Assembly: GCA_037834085.1 (NCBI GenBank)
Contig: JBBMKC010215029.1
Location: 1 to 34,683, forward strand
Length of the DNA: 34,683 nt
Direction of reading: 5' to 3'
DNA from: Bipalium vagum
Lineage: Eukaryota
Position numbers and translations under genes: made by a program. This document shows positions 25,487 to 34,683 of the stretch, piece by piece (position 1 is the first letter of the stretch; every line of letters begins with the position of its first letter). The notes beneath the pieces are model-generated. The model searched no databases, was not told where the DNA came from, and saw only the letters and a list, made by a program, of their open reading frames with translations.

Positions 25487-28093
25487 TAAAAAAATAAATA
25501 ATAATAATGATAATAATATTAATATTAATAATATCTCTTTATTATTACGGTTATGCCAAATTCAGTTGTAAGAATTCGATATGAACGATGTATCCCGCCC
25601 CGGATGCCCATCTCACATTGATCCAAACACTATTGATTGTTTTACCGAAAGGAATCCGTCGAACATGGTTCGGGAAATCGCAAGGATACTGAGATTCGTT
25701 TCCAGACTTAATGTCTGGGTACCGCCTAAATTAATGCCGACCAATTTCTTGGTACATGTGGGATGTTTTGCCTCATCCTTCATACTCACTGGACTTGGCT
25801 CCTATCGAATATCACTTGTTTAGGACGCTGCACAATTCCTTGAATGGGAAAACATTCAATGATGATTAGTCTGTCAGACTCCCATTGACACTTTTTTGTT
25901 AATAAGCTCCAGGAGTTCTACGAATGTAGGATCATGAATTTGACCGAAAGATGGAGAAAGGTCGTATATAATAATGCTGAACATATAATTGATTAAAATT
26001 ATTTTTGTCAATAAAATATTTTGATGTTATCTTTTCATTAAAAAGTACACGAACTTTCTTGCCAACCCAATACATTGTTCCTAGTTAAATTAATATTTTG
26101 AAGATAAAATTCAGAAATTATCTTTACTTTTACTTATGTTTCATTTCAATCTATTGTCCTTTCAAAAGAAGTCCGCAAACTTAAAGATGTTATTAGCGAT
26201 TGGAAATGCAATTTTCATTTCAAAATTTAATAATTTTTTTATTAAGCATTATTTTCTGTCTTTGCGAGCGCTATTCAGAAAGAAAAAGTAAAACTGCTTC
26301 AAGTGGACGAACAGTGTCACAATTATACTCCTCTCAATATTCCTTCAGAGGTTTGTATCATCAATATTTATGACTAAAAAATTTTATAAAATTTATTACT
26401 AAGAAACTTATTTAGTAAAGCTAATATTTTAATTTAATAATTAGAATTTATTTTATTTTTTTTAAGTGTATTCTAAATTAAAGACTTCAAGTGTTAGCAT
26501 GCTTTAGGAAAACTAAAGGCTATTTCTAAATTATTTGAATAAATTAATTTCTAATTAGTTTCAAAATGTCTCTTGATCATCTAAAATAATTTATATGATA
26601 AAATCGGTTTTTCATTAACAAAATTTTACAATTTTTTTTTCTCTTACTTCTACTTCTATTACAATGGTAAAAAAAATTTAGGGTCATGATTTGTCTTCTT
26701 CCAAATTTAGATTTATATAAGTTGATTTTAAGTAAAAATTAATTAAAGAATATAATAATGCCTCTTAATGAAGTTAACACTTTTAAAATAAAAATTAACA
26801 AAATGTAGAGTTGTAACTTGTTTGTTCGGTGAACAGATAAATCATTTATGTTTATTTAAATCGATCCACTGAAATAAATTTGGTAATATAATTTTGAATT
26901 CAAATCTAATCGACCTTGCTTTAAATAAATGCTATTCACTAGAGTAATTATTCAGTTTTTACAAGCTGGTAATATTGTCGTAATATTTAGATTTAACGTG
27001 TCAACATTATGTTGTTAATCGAAAAAGTTGAAATTCAGCAGAAATCTCTCTTTTTAAACTTTGTAACATGATTTATTTAATTTATTCAAAAATTTATAAA
27101 ATTATATTTGAACCATAAACTAAATCATTAATAAATGATTCCCATGTTTGTTATTGGTGAGTCTATTTTATTTTCGTTCTATTTCTTGGCTTAGTTGTGT
27201 TTGAATTTTTTCAAGGATCTTCAAAATCTGTATTTTTACTTTTAAAATTTCATACACACATATACTTTATATTTAGCGTACTTAATTTTTAAAATAATTA
27301 AAATATTCATCAGGTCTGATTAACTTTAACCTTCAATAAAATGTTGCAAGGTGTGTAGGCTCTCTCTTTAGATAAAATCTTTATTTATCATGAATTTTAT
27401 GCATTCCAAAAAGATTCAATTTTGGGGATAATGTATAATGCAAATGTTACTATGATACATCGACACAGTAACGTGTGCTTGTGTACCCGTACCTTCTCAC
27501 TTTTAAAATGTTGTGTTCGTTTCATTCAATGAAATCTTATCCACTAAATCAAAAAACCCATGATAATACTTTATCCGCTCTCTGTGAACTGAATCAAAAC
27601 TTCCACAATAAAACTTTATAGGTAAAATACAATCACAGCTAAATATAACAAGTCACTCTATAAATCACCCCAATAATCCATAAGTTCGATAACCAAAAAT
27701 GTCAAATAATAGTCTCATCAAAAATAATGATAAAAATACAAAACTACTAAACAAAGAGAGAGATGAAAGAGGTGATCACAAACAGATGAGGTTCCGAAAA
27801 GTAGCAAGCAAATAAACGATCTCACCAAGAGCCATAAGGAGTCCCCTGGTTGCCCTCTAGGTCCTTTGCTGGTCACCTAGGGGTTCCCAAGCTCGCTGGG
27901 TCCCTTTGTTAAATTCTTTTTCGTTGTAATAACCACTTGCTAGAAGGAAAACCTGGAATATTTGAATTACCTCGCAGATTCGAATTGTTCTCCCAGATTT
28001 AAATTGTCTCTAAAAGTTTTTGGGCAAATTTATGGAAATAGCCGTCTCTTTATATTACCGTAGGGACTGAGCTACGATCACCAATTATTCTTA

Positions 28094-28139
<46 letters not shown>

Positions 28140-31100
28140 ATTATTATGAACTTATTATTAGTATTTATAATAATTATTATTATTATAACCCAACAAAATT
28201 ATAATTATTTAATATTATTTGTTTCATATTTAGAATAATATTGTAGATTTTGACATAACTATTAAATATTGTGACATTAAATTATTTTATTCTTAAATAA
28301 TTTATTTATATTAAAAAGGATATATTTCTGCCAAAACTAATCCACCAATATTTGTTTTTCAAATTCTGTGAACAAAAATAGACAAAAAGTTTTGTTTCTT
28401 TAAATGTATTCTCAATCTGTGAAATTTCAAAATGTTTTCTTTTGTATTTAATGTTCCAAAGGGCAAATATATGGAAATTGCATAACCAAAATCTTTACTA
28501 CATGTCGAAATACTTACAATGATGAATTTTTTCCACACATTAGAGGAAATAATTATAAATCCATTCAGTTTTCTACTATAATTTTTTTACTAAGGTATAA
28601 CTTAATCATTTAAGGAGATCAAAATTTGCTTATAGATTATTTGGAAAAGATTTTTGGTTTGAATGTTGAATTTTTATTAAAATTTGTCTGTTTAAAAGCC
28701 ATAGTTTTATAAATCATGCGAAAATAAGTATAAATCCAACCAACCAATGTTTAAATATTTTCAGCTTCGAAATTTTATTAAATCTGGTAAATCACCTTAC
28801 ATGTGATTTAATTTTAAATGTTTTATAAATATATTGTATATAATGTCTTGAACCTAAATCGACATTTTGAGAAAATCTGGATTTGGAAAAAGGAAGAATG
28901 CAACTGAGATTTTCTGCCTGTTATTTAATAAATTATTAAAACATCACATTTTTATAGTTAATTTCAAAATATTTTCAAGTAAGTTCAAATAGAAAATGTT
29001 TATTTTTTTAATTTGAGTAAAAAAATTTATAATTATTTTTTCCACTGTATAAAATAAAATGAAGTCCTCATGCAACCTAATTAAAATGCAGTAATAAAAT
29101 AAGTCAAAGATTTACTTTAAAAAAGTGTATTAAAATATGTAAATTTACTTAATTTTACTAATTTTCCTAAATTATTTAAATTTACTGCCCAGTTACATAG
29201 TTATCTATATAAATAGATAAACAAAAATGACCCAGGGGATATCTGAACGGAAGTGTCACCAAACATGGTAAATATTATTTAAAAGAATAATTTATTAATT
29301 TTATTTAAATAAATTAAAAATTATCTAACAATTATTAAATAATATAAATATTTAAAGTTACAACAATAAAATAATATCTCTATTAACAAATGTCGTCAAT
29401 TTCAGATTATATCATGTTTCAAATTTTTATTCTTATTCTACAAGTTTATGAAACATAGGCAGGATTCATTACAAAAAGATTAGTTAATCATTATCACATT
29501 TGACTTTAAGAGAAAGACGTAGTGAAAGATGATTAGACACCAGATAAAATATTAATTGAAAGATGTATTAAAATTCCGTGGATTAATATATATTTTTTAT
29601 ATATTATTTAGAAAGTATACTATTCATGGACAGTTACTATTTTCGATTAATTTATTTTAAAAAGCTAAAAAAAAACAAAATTCATCTTTTTGCAAATTAA
29701 ATATCACAAAATAATTGATTTTCCATAATTTAGGAATATAAAAATTTATTTCCCTAAAAATTTTTTACTTTACATAGAACTCTACAATAATAACATCATT
29801 TTTTTTGATCCATTTTTTTTATTGTTTTTAATGAAATAAAAGAATTCCGGGTAGAGACATCTAAATAGTTATCGTGAATAAGAATGATAAATTATTTCAT
29901 TGTCTTAATTCCCAAGAGAAATATAACGATAATCAAAATGGAAATTATGATTAGTTTCCTCTTTAGAATAAATCATAAAATATTTCATCGTGAAAAATAA
30001 TTTTGAAATTATATAAAAGTGTTATTAAATATGTTTAAGTAAATATAAAAATATTTTCAGGGTTTAATAATAATAATATATAATATTAAAAATAATATAT
30101 GTAATAATATATTTAATAATAATAAATAAATAAATAAATCAAATTAGTAAATCAAAAAATAATAAAAATATTAATTTAAAATAATATATAATTATATAAC
30201 AATAATAAATCAAAATAAGTTTAATAATAATATTAGTAAAATACTTTTCAAAATTATAATTTTTTGCCCGATAATGACTTTTTTGTCCTAATCATGTCGA
30301 GATGGCAAAGAAAGTCGCCTGAATGAACTTTTTGTTTGGCATCTAATGCTGTCAACTTAAATTTAATTCTGCTCTAGTAAGTCGCCGTTGAATGAATGGT
30401 TTATTATGAAGAGGATTTCTATTAAGTTCAAATTTCTCAGAAAATGAAAATATTTAGATGTTACGTACAATAAATACTTCATAGAATCCACGATGAACAA
30501 TGTCTTGAAGACAAAGAGCGGTGGTTGAGACCACGAAAACAAACAGAGTGCAAGATAGAGAAATTATTAAAATTTACCTGTTAAATAGACGTCTAACAGC
30601 GAGAATAATAGCTGAAAAATATAAAGAATTTAAGGAAGTGAATTTCAGCGAATGTACCATAAAACGCAAAACCGTATTGTTTTGGCTTGTACGGTCAAGT
30701 AGCTGCAAAAAATGTTTACTAAGAAAAGTTAATAAAGCAAAAAGACTGAGATGGCCATCAAACATGAAGATTGGACATTTAACCAATGTAAAAAGAAAAG
30801 AAAAGAAAAAAAAGATGAATGGAACTTCCAGTTCTTCTCTTGTTTCTTTTTTGGTTTCTCCTCACAGAACGTTTGTTAAAAGATTTTTTGCAGAAAGATA
30901 TATCAAAATAGTTTGATGCCTACAGTAAAGTTTGTAGGTGATTCTGTTTGTGTTTGGTGATGTTTTGCAGGAGAAAATGATGTTTAATTGCAAAAATAGG
31001 AATCATGACAAAAGAGGTTTATAAGGATATTTTGAAAAAGATGGTTAGCCATCTAGGAGACGATTATTTCAAGAGAAATATATATTTATGCATGACAATG

Positions 31101-31940
31101 ATCTCAAAGATACCAGTAAGATATGTAAAACCTACTTGAGAGAGTTAGAACAGAAGCCTATACTCAAAGTAGTGGAGAGGCCTCATCAGTCGCCAGATTT
31201 TATTCATATTTAATTACTATGGGATGAATAGAACAGAGAAATTCCACAACAACATTCATATTCAGCAAAGAGTTTTAGGGAGACGCTACTATTACTTTGG
31301 GTAGCAATAACACCAGAAATTTTATGGAAATTATTCAATCGTATGCCGAGGATTTGTGTAGATGTTATTAAAAACCCTGTAGGTAACTTTGATGGATATT
31401 TTAATGATATAAGATAAATATTTTTTCTTCTTAGTTCGAATAAATATGAAAAGGATTGTTGAATTTTTAAATAAATTAACTGTAAAACATGTCATAAACA
31501 AAGTGTTCCACTTATGTTATATTTAAAAATGCGAATGACTAATACTTTTGATTGGTAGTATAACTGGTGAATTTTTTATATCTGGATTAATAATGAAATG
31601 ACCTATAACAAGTTTTTAATTAATGAAAAATTTAAAACATTTTAAAAATTTTGATAATAAACAACTGTTTTAATTCAAGGACTTTTAATAAAAAGGATTT
31701 AAAAAATGTAACCTCAAAATTTAATTAAATGAAAAAAAATTTTTAATTTAAAATTGAATTTCAATTATTTTTGAAAAATTCCAGATTTGTCCATACTACC
31801 TGTCGAGCTCATTTTCTGCAACAACAGAATGGCCGTTTACCTTGAGTTTGGTTTCTTCAGTTTTATTTGCTGGATCCACTCTTCTCTGGATTATGATTAC
31901 AAGGAACTTAAGATTGGTGAAAACTAAAGCATACTTGTAA
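3504..31940 (+). CDS. Spliced 5-exon gene for a claudin-superfamily (PMP22/EMP/MP20/claudin-like) four-TM protein, 283 aa; join(3504..3819,8045..8182,13913..14050,26247..26350,31785..31940)
   Basis: Manual splicing gives one stop-free 852-nt frame with all GT-AG introns and matching phases (1,1,1,0). There are four hydrophobic segments, W43...G96L97W98-x-x-C101 plus later Cys in loop 1, and a short basic C-tail ending KAYL*. Confidence 0.9.
4540..5146 (+). pseudogene. Highly decayed coding relic, possibly a P-element/THAP9-like transposase C-terminus
   Basis: Semi-open frame with LISNIAGYF (cf. YIAGY) and NNKEDPKFIANY; weak resemblance only. Confidence 0.25.
5392..6622 (+). mobile_element. 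Full-length defective mariner (DD34D, mellifera-like TIR)
   Basis: TA-flanked TIRs TTGGGTTGGCAATTAA... / ...TTAATTGCCAACCCAA. Motifs WVPHKL, VTADEKW, HDNARSH-34-D, HPPYSSNLAPTDHHLF; several stops and frameshifts. Confidence 0.95.
6680..6990 (+). mobile_element. Mariner N-terminal relic
   Basis: ENINLALRKGTGYEHSVRR...ENDDLIIGIAINSTQT, resembling mariner HTH domains. Confidence 0.55.
7000..7250 (-). mobile_element. Mariner N-terminal relic
   Basis: LKNTYSEEEIKDTW...LKSGKSSIEND. Confidence 0.5.
8045..8182 (+). CDS. Claudin-like gene exon 2 (rest of extracellular loop 1)
   Basis: Acceptor TTTTTATTTCAG|; 138 nt, (D)KSRSNSFCNQYDKIKDSKRCFNYLYRSRDFSSETYAYESKNLYFL; donor A|GTAATT; phase 1 to phase 1. 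Confidence 0.85.
   Translation: MNQDLILSAINMTKLRTAKDASTICTDPETLALRLTHMKAKTSTF
8640..8960 (+). mobile_element. Very decayed mariner middle fragment
   Basis: LDISA...ENHFMECIIIKKEK* resembling FLDRIITGDEKW. Confidence 0.3.
9787..10962 (-). mobile_element. Full-length defective mariner (cecropia-like)
   Basis: TA-flanked TIRs TTAAGTTGTAAAGAAATAA / TTAGATTGTAAAGAAATTAA. Motifs LKTLVESDQRTT, VAFDEKW, QDNARPH; inserted in an (AAT)n/(ATT)n tract. Confidence 0.93.
10975..11027. repeat. Short terminal fragment of the TGTTGGGTT-ended repeat family
   Basis: GCGGTCTCT followed by GTGCCTTTGGCAAACCAAGA (11008-11027), a degenerate reverse complement of 16128-16148. Confidence 0.45.
11995..12410 (+). mobile_element. 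Possible Penelope-like ORF N-terminal relic
   Basis: FTEIDLTKQQ*A*LNKQPNFS resembles the LT..E..LLNKGLNF segment preceding PLE reverse transcriptase; heavily decayed. Confidence 0.3.
13020..13321 (-). mobile_element. Mariner 5' relic with TIR
   Basis: Minus strand TVCDIEGGVIAYKTASDWFKRLQNGYIILEDKP; TIR-like TTATGTTGTATAAACAGTTTCCGG starting at 13321. Confidence 0.7.
13913..14050 (+). CDS. Claudin-like gene exon 3 (TM2 and start of TM3)
   Basis: Acceptor TATTTTTTTTAG|; 138 nt, (K)MQNNVIACAIMVLICSLFAFGLALASIIWQLVLCGMVASVLFAMS; donor G|GTATAT. Confidence 0.9.
14280..14600 (+). mobile_element. Mariner-like transposase C-terminal relic
   Basis: ENLTLILENTSSYLT...PPKISLLDSFIFRNVE...F..VHEIK, decayed HDNA and SPDL..D motifs. 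Confidence 0.45.
16128..16714. repeat. LTR-like or TIR-bounded interspersed repeat, copy B (runs into gap)
   Basis: Starts TGTTGGGTTCGCCAAAGACAC, 18/21 identical to the reverse complement of the copy A end; colinear shared blocks at 16338, 16554 and 16668. Confidence 0.6.
16715..16844. other. Assembly gap (130 N)
   Basis: Run of n. Confidence 1.
17727..18531 (+). mobile_element. Internally deleted mariner (mauritiana/Mos1-like)
   Basis: KTSAEATRIICNTYGD...RFKRCDFDLKDKEHIGRS...GKIHKEGK*VPHDL, jumping directly to MQHSLPDRRFGNFEEV...KYFD*; catalytic core missing. Confidence 0.85.
18534..19782 (+). mobile_element. Full-length defective mariner (mauritiana-like)
   Basis: TA|TTAGGTGTACAATTAAGTTTTAAAGCG left TIR; right TIR remnant CGCTTTAAAACTTA near 19764. 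Motifs IVTCDEK, IWWDINGVLYLELL, LLHDNTRPH, PDITPSDSHLFRSM. Confidence 0.92.
20440..21410 (+). mobile_element. Penelope-like retroelement 3' relic (RT thumb, GIY-YIG endonuclease, pseudo-LTR)
   Basis: ELNELKRRLLNNAFPNWKIE...IKIPYSEG...AYRFQCHRCDHLY../HLKTRISEH...ENEFSI...ESLVIK/KLKPEINSQ, followed by a hammerhead motif. Confidence 0.85.
21350..21393 (+). ncRNA. Minimal type I hammerhead ribozyme motif (Penelope-associated)
   Basis: UUGA-CUGAAGA-A-GAUCU-aaaugaag-AGAUC-GAAA-CAUG-UU-UCAA: stem I UUGA/UCAA, core CUGAnGA and GAAA, 5-bp stem II, palindromic stem III ACAUGU, GUU cleavage triplet. Confidence 0.8.
21660..23290 (+). mobile_element. Decayed retroelement-like internal region (interrupted by a mariner), possible integrase/chromodomain remnants
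   Basis: Purine-rich semi-coding sequence; DLFQDVRKAVKN, EYLVK*Q and YYKGYKE*ENWVE resemble integrase Zn-domain and chromodomain segments. Confidence 0.35.
22371..22760 (-). mobile_element. Mariner N-terminal relic (cecropia/Hsmar1-like)
   Basis: KIRAIYLYEFKLGNSAADATRNINKAFG...WWFAKFR...VDNDDLNTIIE...KKLNKWIPHLLT. Confidence 0.88.
23290..24130 (+). pseudogene. Putative decayed viral-type envelope glycoprotein (chuvirus-like, class III fusion) remnant
   Basis: Frameshifted peptides EGVIFIEHTKQKNCNYWKFVYK, LRKACNI, MANYVNSELDYL and ELVLTDCLINREVLKNRFDMIIIN*D; resemblance judged from memory of the family. Confidence 0.45.
23363..23418. repeat. (AAT)n microsatellite
   Basis: About 18 near-perfect AAT units. 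Confidence 0.95.
24660..25404 (+). mobile_element. maT/Bmmar1-like (DD37D family) transposon relic with right TIR, internally deleted
   Basis: FFSDEKNFTQDQKVNRRND*WL...TKFPSSLMILGVVSNE...VKPWI/DLNPLEYFVWSVV; ends GCTGGCGCACCCTG|TA. The second catalytic D region is deleted, so spacing cannot be counted. Confidence 0.85.
25447..25530. repeat. (AAT)n microsatellite
   Basis: Tandem AAT with interruptions. Confidence 0.9.
25540..26070 (+). mobile_element. Internally deleted mariner (mellifera-like) with right TIR
   Basis: DVSRPGCPS...FVSRLNVWVPPKL...GLGSYRISLV...RIMNLTERWRKVV; ends TTGCCAACCCAA|TA. Confidence 0.85.
26247..26350 (+). CDS. Claudin-like gene exon 4 (end of TM3, extracellular loop 2)
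   Basis: Acceptor TTTTTTTATTAAG|; 104 nt, (A)LFSVFASAIQKEKVKLLQVDEQCHNYTPLNIPSE; donor GAG|GTTTGT; phase 1 to phase 0. Confidence 0.85.
27509..28195 (-). mobile_element. Probable solo LTR (about 690 bp) with TGTTG...CAACA termini
   Basis: Plus strand starts TGTTGTGTT and ends AACCCAACA; non-coding, GC-richer core at 27830-27910; no perfect TSD; orientation is a guess. Confidence 0.5.
28097..28138. repeat. (TAT)n microsatellite
   Basis: About 14 TAT units. Confidence 0.95.
30280..31560 (+). mobile_element. Tc1-like transposon relic with D-38-(E) spacing (DD38E/Intruder-like) and right TIR
   Basis: LMPTVKFVGDSVCVW*CF...IFMHDNDLKDTSKICKTYLRELEQKPILKVVERPHQSPDFIHI*LLWDE; ends CTAATACTTTTGATTGGTAGTA|TA. 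Confidence 0.88.
31785..31940 (+). CDS. Claudin-like gene exon 5 (TM4, C-tail, stop)
   Basis: Acceptor AATTCCAG|; ICPYYLSSSFSATTEWPFTLSLVSSVLFAGSTLLWIMITRNLRLVKTKAYL*; TAA ends at 31940. Confidence 0.9.
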   Translation: MCPYYLSSSFSATTEWPFTLSLVSSVLFAGSTLLWIMITRNLRLVKTKAYL

Positions 31941-32005
31941 CTAAAGTTCTTAATCAAAGATAGATTTCGGTCATTATATTAATGTTTAACAATTATTTTT
32001 GCTAA

Positions 32006-32034
32006 AATAAAAGTATTTATTTTATTAGAATAAA
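32006..32034 (+). promoter_or_regulatory. Candidate polyadenylation signals (AATAAA at 32006 and 32029) of the claudin-like gene
   Basis: Two AATAAA hexamers 66-94 nt after the stop and before the mariner at 32086; the hexamer is common in such AT-rich DNA. Confidence 0.4.
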
Positions 32035-32085
32035 CCTTTTGATTACATTTTAAAATTAAGTTTTGGTGAAAATGAAAAGTATACA

Positions 32086-33523
32086 TTAGGTTGTTCAGAA
32101 AGTTTTGCACGTTTCTGTTTACATACATTTAAATTGTAAATATTTCAAAAAACTTATTTAAAGATATTTAAATATCCGATGCGTTTACTTCTTTTTTCCA
32201 ATAATGCCGAAGGATACCACGAATTACCATGTTGTCATTTTTCATTTCTTGCTTACTTATTTAATCTAAAATTATATTTTATTTAAAAGTAATCATAAAC
32301 AATGCACTCAGAGAAACAAGAGCTACAGATTGATATCAAATTTATTATAAATATATGTATTTTTAATGTTAAAATTTTTAATTAAACTTTTCATTACAAA
32401 ATGGTAGATTACTTATGGAACAGCCTAATATTATTAAATAACTATTTATATAACTATATATTGAACTCTTTGAAATATTGATCTGTTTTACTTTTAAATT
32501 AAAATTTGATTATCTTTTTTCCATTATAATGTAGGAAGTGTCGCAATTTGCGCCAAATTTATTTTTATGATTTTCAACTCTGTACAACTGCTCGAAAAGT
32601 TAATGAAGTTTGGGTCCATGGTACTGTAACTTGGTACTAGAACTTCCAAAATGGAGATTTATCCCTTAAAGATGCAGAACGAATTGGTTATGCGTCAAAA
32701 CTTGATAACAAAGATTTAAAAGCTAGTGGAAGAAAATATGATAACAGCAATATGAAAACTTGCCAAATGTCTTGATATAAGTATTGGACAAGTCATATGA
32801 AGCAAATAATTAAGACAAAGAAACTGGACATGAGTTAACCATAAAAAAATGAGATGAACTTAGAACTCATTTTGAGGAAATAAAAACGAGCCATTTCTTC
32901 ATCGTTTGATTACTAGCAAAATTTTTATAGTTGCTCTATAACAATATGAAACATTCAACACAGTGATTACGCATCTGCGAATGTCCCAAGTCCTTCTCCA
33001 AACCGAGTCAACATGAAAAAAGATAATGATTACCTGGAAAAGGGAGAAATGATAAAAACAGAGAAATACTGCATAGAAATTGATATTATGCAAGAAAAAA
33101 TGAAAAGAATGTACCCGGTATTGATCAATGAAAAGGCCCAATTCTATTGTATGACAATGTCCGTCAGAACATAGCAAATCAAACCATGGATAAGCTGAAA
33201 AACCTAAGTCACGATATTCTGTCACAACCACCGTACTCGCCCGATATCTCACCAACTGATTTCCATTTATTCAAACATTTACAAAATTATTTGAATGAAA
33301 CAAAATTTCATAACGAAGAGATGCTAAAAAGGAATTTGAACAGTTCATTGCCTCTAGGTCTACCGAATTCTACCACATATGAATGGATAATCTACCAATT
33401 CATTGGTAAACGTGTGTAAACGATAATGGTTTTTATTTTGATCAAAAAATTCTTGTTTCAACTGACTCATGCTGTTTTAAAAAGAATGTACAAAAAACGT
33501 GAGAAATTTTCCGAACAACCTAA
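32086..33523 (+). mobile_element. Defective mariner (DD34D, cecropia-like) carrying a nested TIR-ended fragment
   Basis: TIRs TTAGGTTGTTCAGAAA / TTTCCGAACAACCTAA|TA; YDNVRQN-34-D, PPYSPDISPTDFHLF. An inner piece ends TTACTTATGGAACAGCCTAATA near 32430. Confidence 0.92.
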
Positions 33524-34049
33524 TACTTTTAAAAGTAAATAAATATTTAATTAATTTGAATTAAATAATTAATAATTTAATAAAAATAATGAATAAAATT
33601 AGGTCATTTAAACGATAAAAATATAATTTAACATTTTTTTAAATACAATGTTTCCGGAATCATTGGTGCCATCAAAAACTTTCGATAAATTGTCTAAATA
33701 TTTTCTTTATTTTTAATCTGATTTTAAATCAAACTAATAAAAATTTTCTAATTCCTAAAATTAGTTAATATTAATATTAATAATAGTTATAATTTTTTTA
33801 TTTCAAATAATAATTATTTTTTAATTAAATTATTTTACTTTTTTCCAATGTAAAATGATACCTACAATGTAAAAGAATAAATAATTATTATTTTAGTTGT
33901 AGAACTTAAATGGTTTTTGTTCTTGTCCCAATATATACTTCTGGATGTTAAATTATTGTGGATACCTCAATTTTTCGTTAATTTGAGCCACAACGAACAG
34001 CTTAAGTTTTAATTAAGCCCTTATAATGTAAAATACAATAATATTAGTA

Positions 34050-34385
34050 AGCAATGGTGTAAAAAAGTTAAAATGATGGTGAAATCATAAAAATATCCAA
34101 AAATAGAAATGTATTAGTTATTTTTAATATTTTGTAACACCATCATTTGCAGCTATCAGAACCATAATACGATCGAGCATGCTATTAATACACAATTTAA
34201 GACTTTTATTCAATTTCTCTGATTGATTCCAAACTTGGTTTTACTTCGATATAAGATCTTCCTTTTCTGTTATCAAATAATTTGTTAATTCCTGCTTAGT
34301 CATCTCCCATATGTTTTCAATTTGGCTCATATCCGGAGAATTTCCTGGCCATTACAAAATTTGAATTTTTTTTGTCATTGGAACA
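34050..34385 (-). mobile_element. Tc1-like transposase C-terminal relic
   Basis: Minus strand KKIQIL*WPGNSPDMSQIENIWE...SMLDRIMVLIAANDGVTKY*. Confidence 0.85.
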
Positions 34386-34683
34386 ATAATTTGATAATCT
34401 ATTGTTTATCTAATTAAACTAATCTATTATATATCTATATCTATTGTGCTCAACTTTAAATATATTAAAAAAACAAACAAATGTCGGATAACACTGCAAT
34501 AAAACTAAAAACAATTTATTGTCATTAAATTTAATAGAATAATTGTTAGTAGTTTACCATGAGGAGATTATGAAAAGAAATTTTTGAAATAATTTTATTG
34601 TAAGCTTTTAGGGATAAGTAACATATGAAATTTAATTAACAAATGAAAAAAGTATTCAAAACTGTTCCCTTCCAAATTATAAT

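Noticed and set aside
16128-28195. Idea that the TGTTG-ended repeats at 16128 and 27509-28195 are paired LTRs of the env-bearing element
   Set aside because: Their interiors are not similar, and a host exon lies between them.
29217-29267. Possible cassette exon (AG...CATG|GTAAAT) in intron 4
   Set aside because: Weak acceptor, stops in all three frames, and exon 4 joins exon 5 in frame without it.
32899-33255. 118-aa minus-strand ORF
   Set aside because: Antisense to mariner transposase sequence.
1-34683. Prokaryotic systems, CRISPR arrays, tRNA or rRNA genes
   Set aside because: No regularly spaced repeats, operons or structured RNA gene signatures seen; the DNA is spliced and eukaryotic.

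Overview
Very AT-rich eukaryotic (animal, invertebrate-type) genomic DNA with two 130-N assembly gaps. The organism cannot be determined; long introns packed with mariner relics plus (AAT)n microsatellites would fit e.g. a planarian flatworm, but that is inference. The window is spanned by one intact 5-exon host gene on the + strand that the ORF track mostly misses (exons 3504-3819, 8045-8182, 13913-14050, 26247-26350, 31785-31940; 852 nt, 283 aa). It encodes a four-transmembrane claudin-superfamily (PMP22/EMP/MP20/claudin-like) protein with W...GLW-x-x-C and a C-terminal -AYL. Introns and flanks hold more than 15 decayed Tc1/mariner elements (DD34D mariners, a maT/Bmmar1-like element, Tc1-type copies with DD35E and DD38E spacing). 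Also present are a Penelope-like retroelement relic whose 3' end keeps an intact minimal hammerhead-ribozyme motif (21350-21393), a decayed retroelement-like region with a putative chuvirus-like envelope glycoprotein remnant (~23290-24130), and an LTR-like repeat family with TGTTG...CAACA ends. No tRNA, rRNA or CRISPR features were seen.
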